NCBI GenBank assembly: GCA_951406725.2
Contig: OX597830.1
Coordinates: 31,000,001 to 31,064,000, forward strand
DNA from: Octopus vulgaris
Taxonomy: Eukaryota
DNA: 64,000 bases
Direction: 5' to 3'
The notes under the pieces were generated by a model, which saw only the letters and a list, made by a program, of their open reading frames with translations, was not told where the DNA came from and ran no database searches. Positions 54,462 through 64,000 of this stretch are shown piece after piece (within the stretch, counting starts at the first letter, position 1; each line of letters opens with the position of its first letter). A program made the translations under genes and the position numbers.

Positions 54462-55012
54462 GACAGACAGACAGACAGAGAGGGGTGCAGTGAGAAATCA
54501 GTATAGATAAATAGACTGAGGGTAGGGAGAAATAAAAAAAAAAAAAAAAAAAAAGGAAAACTAAAAACACTGAAAAACAAAAAAAAAAAGCACTGCCGAC
54601 ATAAACAGATGCAACCGAAGGTAATGTGCTTTAATGCACAAGGAGCAGACAGTGGTGTTGATGATGGTTGCAGTAACAACCGGAATAGGCTGAGGGTGAT
54701 TTTAGTAAGCAGTAATGACGGGGTGGGTGGGGGTGGGGTGGGGGACAAGTGATAGCTGTTCGGTTTTGGTTGTGGTGGCGGAGTTGCTGACATGCCAGTC
54801 CTAGTAGCTTTAGCAGTGCTCCTAGTATATTAATACAACAAGGCAATGGCAGTAGCAGTAATACTAGAGCAGGTAAATGACTCTACTGTTAAAAACGGTA
54901 GTGACAGTAATGGGTGTGAAGGTGGTAGTAGCAGTTTGATTTTGAGACTATGTGTTGTGCAGCAGTATTGGTGGTGGTGGTGGTAGTAGTAGTAGTGGTG
55001 GTAGTAGTAGTG

Positions 55013-55043
<31 letters not shown>

Positions 55044-55296
55044 AAAGCCATTTAGAGTCAGTCAAGTGTGATATACTAAATCAAGCTACCTAAAAGTTGT
55101 TTTTTTTATATTATTTTTCAATGAATAAATGAAGTGAAAAAATAAATAAAATTTTTCAAAGAAAGTATCCACAGCTTTATAAAAGGAAAAAAAATAACCA
55201 AGAAAACTGTATAACCCCAACCTTGCTCTTTTTTTTTTTCCTTCGATTTGTCCTTGTAATATTTCCCCACTCAGAACCCTTTTGGCAAATAAAAGA

Positions 55297-55344
<48 letters not shown>

Positions 55345-55363
55345 CGATAGTAGTAAAAATATT

Positions 55364-55572
55364 AGCTGGCAGAGTCATTAGTACACTGGTGAAAATGCTT
55401 AGTGGCATTTCATCCATCTCAATATTCTGAGTTCAAATTCTGCTGAGGTTGTCTTTGTCTTTCATCTTCTTGGGCTCGATGAAATAAGTACCAGCTGAGC
55501 ACTGGGGTTCATGCAACCCACTTACCCCGCCCCCCCAAAAATTTCAGGCCTTGTGCCTAGAGTAGAAAGGGT
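55364..55572 (+). mobile_element. SINE family B
   Basis: Aligns along its length with 36238-36449; follows an (ATT)n tract. Confidence 0.85.
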
Positions 55573-58351
55573 TAGTATTAGTATTAGTAGCAGCAGCATA
55601 CGGTTTAGTTTCCTTCCATTGATCTGCATGCCAGTTCAACCAAATTATAGCAAGCATGCATATGTTTGTAAAAGCATGTATGTGTGTGTGTGGTTGTGTC
55701 TGTATATGCATGTGGATATAAATCTACACACACCACACACCTGCATGACGTGTGTGTGTGTGTGTAGGTCAACAGTGCACATTTGTGTATACACAAGTAT
55801 ATCCTCCCCACAAACACAAGCTCTAAAAGAGTCAGTCAGTCACCATTATATAACAATTCCTACAGGTATTGTATTATCTCAAACCACCCCTTGCTTTCCA
55901 CACCACCATACCATGTCCCATCGCTCGTTAGCTATTAAATACACGGTGTGTGTTGCTTTTGTTAGGTATTGTTTTACACGTGGTATAAGCTTCAGGCTTG
56001 TCACACGTACTCTATTGTCTCCTCTGATTATATTTCCATTTCTTTTCTTTTGAAGTTTTAAAATTATTTTGTGACATTTTTTTTAACCATTGCTTTTCAT
56101 TGTGTATAATGTAACGTGTTAATGTATGTGTGTGCAATTTCTCCCTGATCTTACCACCTCCAACCACTATCACATCAACAAGAAAAACCTGACTTATCGA
56201 GAGAGAGAGAGAGAGAGAGAGAGCATAGGAAAGAAAGTGTTAAAGAGCGATCAACCACCATCCAACCATCCCCTCTTTAGTAGACACAGAAACCACTGAA
56301 ACACGGATCACCATCTTGTCCTTGACACAAATGCTTCATGTATGAACTATAAATTATGTGTTAGTGTGAGACCTTCACATACAATGCTTCTTCTACAGCA
56401 GTTGTTTATTGGTGGTGGTGGTGGTGGTGATTAAAATATTGTCACTTATATTATCAGGACTGATATAAATGAACTAAAAAAATCTGAGGGTTAAATATAA
56501 TGTAGCAGTGGGACGAATGAATACCTCTTGGTAATCACTTCATTTTGTATTAGCTTTTGTGTGTGTGTGTGTGTGTGCACTCATTCATGCACACACACAC
56601 AAATATAAATAAATCCAGTGCAAATGAATGAATGTATACTAGTTTTGCAATTATAAAAATAGACAATATAGATATTAATGTTATCATACTAAATTTCAGT
56701 ATTATTTTCTTTAGGAATAGAAAAGTCATTAGTGTTAATGAAAATTATTCCCAGAATGTACAAGGGAGACAACTGAAATTTCAATCCGCAAAAAACTAGA
56801 GTGCACAAGGTGACAACTTCTGACATGTTTCAGTTTTACTTGAAAAGCAGTCTGTTTTCACTTGAAAGCAGTCTGTAAATATGTACTGCATTTATAATAT
56901 TTTAGATTCATGTGGTGTTTATAGTTGAATATAATACATTATCTGACTTGACTGATAATAAGAAAGGCAAACTAAAAGCATTAAGAGTTCCTTCCCTATT
57001 ACATTTCCACCAGCAAATTCTAACCTGTAACGAACTCAGTTATTCCTTACCATTTTCTACAGTATTAACGACTATAGAATTCTGGTACTCTTATGTATAC
57101 AACATTGCAGTTGGTTGAAAGCGAAATTGTTGTAGTTAGCTTAAGTCAGCTCTATGATCAAAAGTTTCAAGCTGTGACCATCTCCTCTTTGCTCAGGGTA
57201 GCTAGGACTACATTATTCAATGTCTTCTCTTATTTAAACATGTCAGCTAATTTCTAGTAGGTGCAGCTCCCTCACCTTATTGGGAGTGAAGTTGTTAATC
57301 ATGATATATTAACAATAACAATGATGAGTGGGTCTGTATAAATACAGACATAATGTTGATGATGATGATGATAATGGCAATAATAATGATGTAACTTAAA
57401 TAATGTTAGGTGTGGATTTAATTCTCAAAAATTTCCGCATGAGAAGACATATTTGAGGATGATAGAATTCAATAGGATCAAAAAATAAAAATTTAGAAAC
57501 ACAATTAAAAAAAATATTCAGTAATTCAAAGAAACTCATTAAGCATGTCTTTACAGTGTAAGGAGTAGACAGGTGTGTGTCTGCATGCATGATTTCATGT
57601 GCAAATCTACAGTCAGTTATATGTTTATATGCATATAGGTGTACAACATATTTCATGTAATGAAATATTAACCAAGCAGACTTTCTACATACACACAAAA
57701 TGATGACCATCTCATCTTTGTTCAGTGTAGCTAGGGTTTCATTACCCAATGTCTTTTCCTATTTCAGACAATCAGGTGTAATTTTTGTCATAATCATTAA
57801 AATATGCACACACACACATGTGCTCACATACATGTTGGTCACATCTATTCATATTATCCTACAAATATTTGTATTAAAAACCAGTTACTTCTTCACTGCT
57901 ACTTACATGTGAAAGTCTTAAGCAAGTCTCACTACTACCCCTTTTTATCTATCTATCTATCTTATCTTCAGATTTACATCTAGGAAAAAATTCTGAAAAA
58001 TCTTATTATGGTATTAATTGTTTTAAACTAAAATAAAGAAAGTTAATATACCATCATGATTATTATACCTAAATATGATAGACTGATTATAAACATGAGG
58101 AATGTGATTCTGCAGAGTAACAAAGCATGGCTAGTGAATACATATACACAAGTGAAGCTTCAATTAAGTATATCTAATAAAAACTCGCATTACTATGGGT
58201 TTTTTCTACTTATTATTATCATTATAAAGATTTTACTAGTTTAAGAGAAGTAGCAATTTAAAAACTAACTAGGACAGAGGAAGGAAGCAAAATCAAAATG
58301 AAAACAGAGTCATAATACACACACACACACACACACACATACATATACACA

Positions 58352-58567
58352 CAGGGAGCGGCAGAAGTAACAACCTTTTTGCATTTAATAACTTTTGTAG
58401 TATATAAATGTTTATTAAGTAATTTTCTTATTGAACACAAATTCATTGCATTACTTAAACAAATAATATAATCGCAGAAGTTTTAGGACATAAAAAAGGA
58501 AACTCAATTAGAAACTAGAAAACTCAAAAACTCAAATACAAAAGGGCCTTACTTATGAAGCACCCTA
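58352..58567. mobile_element. Degenerate Tc1/mariner-type MITE
   Basis: Left end CAGGGAGCGGCAGAAGTAA versus reverse complement of the right end TAGGGTGCTTCATAAGTAA; sits in a CA/TA microsatellite. Confidence 0.45.
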
Positions 58568-59483
58568 TATATATATATAAAACTACATGTACACACACTG
58601 ACATAATGTGCTCCTGTATGTGTCTAATGAAATATGGGCATTTTCTAATGATTTATTTTTTTTATCTTTCTGATCCAGATTATACATAGCAACATAGGAA
58701 TTAGATTTGTTTCTAAGGAAACTAGACACACATATGTACATACATGCACACTACTACAGTTAAAGTTAGATCAACATGTTTGGAATGAAAACCACACACA
58801 CACACACTTATGAGTCTCTCAATTATTAAAATAAAGGATCCACTATTAGCTAATTTGTGAAAAATTCATTATTAAAGTGAATGTTGTATAATAATTATAT
58901 TTTGCAAAGGGATGCAGAAAGAATGATTTTCAGTGAACTTGATGAGCCCTCTCTGACTATGGGGTGGGGTGATATTTTGGGGGCCTGACTATGAAATAAA
59001 AATAGAAGTATCCATTTCTTCTGTTATATTATTAATTACCTTAAGCTCAAAAATTTTAAAACATTTCTAGCATGTGTGTGTGTGTGTGTGTGTTTTGTTT
59101 ATATTTAAATGTCTTAGCCTCTATGTAACAAATAAATGAATAGTAAAGTGAGATGACAGAGTGTTAAATTGTAATTTAGGACAGGGATGGGCAAGATCTT
59201 AAATACGTCAATATTTCAATTAAACAGGTAGAAAGAAAATCTTAAAATATTTTTCACCTCATTCAAACTTGTCCTCACCTGTTTGAAACATCCCCCCCCC
59301 CCTCTACACATTCCTTCATTATCAATTAAGGTTTGCAGTCTCATAATTTGAAGATGGCAACTTCTGTTATCTCATCCATTCTCTCAAATACATTTTGATG
59401 TGACCCTCAAGAATCTTAAACATCTATCTACCCATCTATCTGTCTGTCTATATGTTTGTGTGTATATATAATGTACAAATATA

Positions 59484-59537
<54 letters not shown>

Positions 59538-59542
59538 TATAT

Positions 59543-59737
59543 GTAGTGAGAATTTACAAAAAACAACAACAAAAAGATGAAAACGGGTGTGTAAACAACA
59601 AATAGATGTATCAGTTTAATGCTCGGGAAGTGAAAAAGTCTTTTATGTTTCGAGCCTATGCTCTTCGACAGAAAGGAAAACAGAAATAGGGAGAGAAAAA
59701 ATAAAAAGGTTTAGTGGCTAGCAATCTATCATGGTGA
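59543..59737 (-). mobile_element. Penelope-like/retrozyme terminal-repeat fragment inserted in a (TA)n tract
   Basis: About 195 bp of unique sequence with TA-rich microsatellite on both sides, containing a hammerhead-like motif. Confidence 0.6.
59640..59675 (-). ncRNA. Degenerate minimal type I hammerhead ribozyme motif
   Basis: Minus strand reads CTTT-CTGTCGA-A-GAGC(ATAG)GCTC-GAAAC-ATA-AAAG: stem I CTTT/AAAG, perfect stem II, GAAA box. Deviations are A6>U and ACGT>ACAT at stem III. Confidence 0.6.
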
Positions 59738-59775
<38 letters not shown>

Positions 59776-60277
59776 GTATGTATTTATGTATTTATGTATT
59801 TATGTATATGAATATCTATGTGTGTATACACATACATGTATTTATATGCATGTATGAGGTAGGCCAAATTTCAGTGTTGGTCAGCACTTCACTTTCTATA
59901 TGGAATTGGGACAAAATGTAACATTTAAATAAGATTCTATCTTCATTATTTTTAATAATTTGTACTTTCCTCTGGCCCAACCAGCTTCAGAGTTATATTC
60001 AGGGATGTCACTGTAACCCTTTAGGGACAACCGTGGTCCAGGGACCGTTTATGCATATGTATACATACAGAGCTTGAAATTTTGATAGTTAAAGTAAAGG
60101 TAGCTATCTCTCAACTTAGTCATAAACATCTTTCTCCCATCCACTCAATGATGACCACAGCAATCTCTCTCTCTCTATCTCTCTTTCTCTTTCTCCATCA
60201 CACCCCTACTTTAATGCTTCTTTTAGTCTCTTTCCACCTTTGTCCAGTAGAATATGGAGCTGAACAGAACTGCTATG

Positions 60278-60327
<50 letters not shown>

Positions 60328-63300
60328 GGGGGGGAGAAGAACAAGGTTATGGAAGTGAGAGAGGAATGAAAGAGAGTGGAAATATGTGAGAGAAAAAGGG
60401 TAACAGAGAGAAAGGGTAAAGTGAGAGTAAAAAAAGAAGTGGAATGAGAAGAGAGGGAGAGAGAAAGAGAGAATATAAAAGAAATAGGTAAAGAGTGAAG
60501 GCAAGAGGTCAGAGAGAAAATACAACAAAAACATTTCACAATTTCTTTTGTTGTTTTCCATTTTGTGTGTGTGTGTATCTTATTTTAGCTTCTTTTTATT
60601 TCATTTCTACAATGTGCCACTTCTTCATATGTGAACCACACAACTACCTCTTCCTCCTCCTCCTCCTCCTCCTCTCCTTTCACAAGCCTTGCCACTCAGC
60701 AAAGGAACACTAGATTCTGCCCTGCTCCACCAATATCCTTCTCTCACTCACCCCTAAACCACATTGCATCCAATTAATGAGCAGGTAAGTGGTGTGACAG
60801 GGTGGTCACCGTGGTGGGGAGGGGGATGTTGATAGTGATGGTAGTAGTATTAGTGCTAGTGGTGGTGGTGGTGGCGGCGGCGGTACTGGTAGTGGGTTTT
60901 GTAGATCTCAGGTGAGGTGGGGTAATAAAGCTGAATGGCCCACCCCTTGTTAGCAGGAGCAGATGTGTGTAGCCACTACCCACTACTGCCACCAGCTATC
61001 AATAAACAAGAGAATCATCACCAACTAGCTACACACACACACACACACATGCATAGGCACACACAATAGAAAAAAAAAAGGTTTTTGAATTTATCCATGG
61101 TTGGTGAAGGAATGCTTATTTATTATTTTTCTTTTCCCTTTCTGTATTTCTGACTGGCCTTTTTTTCCACCCTCTTGTCCCCCATCTTTACATCAGATTT
61201 TTTAAGGTTTTGTTTTGTTCAAATCCTGATTAAAATTGAACACAAACAAGAGAGGACAGTAGCAGGAACACCACAGGAGGAGCAGTGAATCAATGAACTT
61301 TGCTAACTAAACTAACAAGTGAGAAAGAAACAGAAATATACATATGCCTTCACCTCAAACAAAACGAACTTTGTTTATGACAAGGATTAGGGACATGAAC
61401 TATGCCATGCTCCCTCAACATTATGCTGATCCCTACTCCCATCCATATTTTTAAGGGTTTTCTGACCAATGCACAAGAGACACCACACAGAAAGTCAAAT
61501 TTATATTACTAACTCATTAGTTTTTGAGACACTGATATAAATCAAACTACAATTTCAAACGTTTCAAAACAACAGGTAAAATGAAAAATTCTATAAAGCC
61601 ACAAACTGTGATATTATGGATTGAGGTACTTTTGTTTTTAAAATTGTAAAACCGCTTGATAAGAATATACTTAAAGAAACATTGTGGTTTATAAACAGAT
61701 TAGTAATTCAACCATCAGGTTGATAAGGTTCCTCTAAAATTTCAAGACATATCCAAAACAATAAAGAAGCTGTGGCTGCTTTGAGCTGCTAGAGATAGCA
61801 ACCAATCCTCCTTCAGATAAAAACATACTAAGAATGAAGTACTGAATAATGCAGTTCTAGATATACTATATCTATTTTTTTTTTTAAATGTGATTGTTAG
61901 GATTGAACGTCTTTGAACATAAATCTGATCAGTGAACTGAGATTGAAAAATAAATAACTTGATCGAAGGGAATAAATCGGGAGTACATAGTTAACTATTT
62001 CAAGCATCAGTGTAAACTATATAAGGGTTTGGTCAATGTTTTGAATGAATTAAGTAGGAAAAAAAAAAAGCATAAAAAGAAAAATCAAGGGCTCATTACA
62101 CTGGACACAGTGAAGTAAATCTATATTGCAGCATCATGTGATGGCTTAGCAACAAGATTGTGTTACAGGAATCTCCCAGATCAGATATGACTCCTTACCA
62201 CTATCTCGTATCATGGCTTTGTGAAAAGGTGGAAGGAAAACTTCTCTGTATGTGTGGCTTACTTGACCACTAACACACACACATACATCATCATTTAACA
62301 TATGTTGTCCATGTTCCTCAGAATAATTTTATGGCTTGAATTTCCAGGATTTTCTGTTACATGGACACTTGATGTATCGCTACTTTGTGGACTGACAGCT
62401 GAGTCCTGTAAGAGGAGCTTACTGTGAAAGCCACACAATGCTCTGAAGCTACATCTTAAATCTCTCATTTATTTATACAAAAACACACACACACACAATG
62501 TTGATAGATAGATAGATTACAATTAACAAACATTAACCAGGTGTGGAAATTTTAGTTGATGGAGTTTAAGGGGTCAAAGTTAGGCCAAGGTAAAAGGGTC
62601 CATAAGTCATCTCTCCCTTTCACACATAGACATAAACGGATCTAATTAAATAGAAGCTTCCCCAGTGGGTCAGGGAGGAAGAGTGAGAGGCAAAGGGAAA
62701 GGGGTAGAGACAGGCGGACAGACAGAGGAGACAGTAATTTACTAGAAACTAGTAGCTAGTGTTAGTGTGTTAGTATTAGCAATTTGTAGAAGATACTACT
62801 ACAACAAAAATATTAATTACTACTACTACTACTACTTGTGAAGATCCTGATATAAGCACATACCCATATTGGTCCTATACAACATGTACTTTTATGCATG
62901 GATGTTTGTGTATGTGTGTGTTACACACACACACTCACATAAAGAGAGCCTGAGAAGAATGGATAAAATATAAAAATGCACCATCAATAACATCTTCAAC
63001 ACTAAATGTGTTAAGAGCTTCTTTCTCTCAATTGTTCACCTTTTAATGTGTGAGTGTGCACTCACACATACATGGTGACATATAGAGATACTAATAAAGG
63101 CTAGATATCAATGTGTAATGAGATTAATTCCATATCTACACACACACACACACACATAGAAAGGAAAAAAAAAACTTTGGAAAGAGAACTTTTGGATAAG
63201 TGGATGAGACAGGAAGAGCAGTTTGATTAATACAGAGTGAAAATCCTTCCAGTGCATGACCAGATAGGGTTAGAAACTCGTTCAGAAAATCAAACTGTCA

Positions 63301-64000
63301 CACACAAACACTTATTCAAGGCCATGACCCAATGAAGGAAGCATCGATGCAGTTCTGTGGCTTGCTAGAAAAAGCAACCAAATCACCTTACAGTCTTTAA
63401 AAAGATGGAAAAGGCACATTGGATAATGTTATCTTGCTTAGTCTTATCACAACAGTTTCATCACATCAAGAATATCTTTGATTATATGCTAGTTGAATCA
63501 GGGTTGGCAGTGGACGTAAACATCAACAAACTGTATACTCAGTATATTACACATGCACACACCACTGAACAGGAGAGTGAACTAGCAATATTTCATTTAG
63601 CTTTATATTTAATAGTCTAAAATATTTAGTACTTGAAAACAAATTATTACAGCCACTTTATCAATGAAATTGTATGTGTAATTAACAAGTAAAATATATA
63701 CATCTAAAAAGCAAAATCTATAGAAGAATGATATACTGATCATGGTAGAGGTACTTTACTATAAATATCTAAAACTTAACTAAAATCACAGACACACAAA
63801 AAGCATCAGCTTCATCCCCAATGATACCTGTGTCAAAATATCACCATCCTTACAACCACAACACCACCACTACCAAAAAAAGCAATTCAGGTTGAACTAA
63901 TTAGTCATCTCATCACACTCCGATATTTTACCAGCAAACTAAACTGTATTAATTCGACACAACATGACAGATGGTGATGCTGATATTGCAGTTGTGAAAA

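Overview
AT-rich eukaryotic DNA dense in microsatellites and interspersed repeats. The SINE, MITE and LINE families and the (CA)n/(TA)n/(GA)n/(GATA)n load fit an octopod cephalopod genome best; this is inferred from recalled repeat families, not from a search. Almost all listed six-frame ORFs are microsatellite or repeat artefacts. The window reads as large introns of one unidentified minus-strand gene. One coding exon is well supported (8893-9045, phase 1-1); several microexons and ATG-to-donor alternative 5' exons are weaker candidates. Recognisable mobile DNA: an internally deleted DD37D (maT) Tc1/mariner element, Tc1/mariner MITEs, TTAA-flanked piggyBac-type MITEs (two form a close inverted pair), an R4/Dong-like LINE relic, RTE 3' ends (one with three C2H2 fingers), a probable non-autonomous Helitron and many tRNA-derived SINEs (one nested, with a TSD). 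A Penelope-type element carries a degenerate minimal hammerhead ribozyme. No CRISPR array, rRNA or true tRNA gene was seen, and I cannot claim a confirmed novel system.
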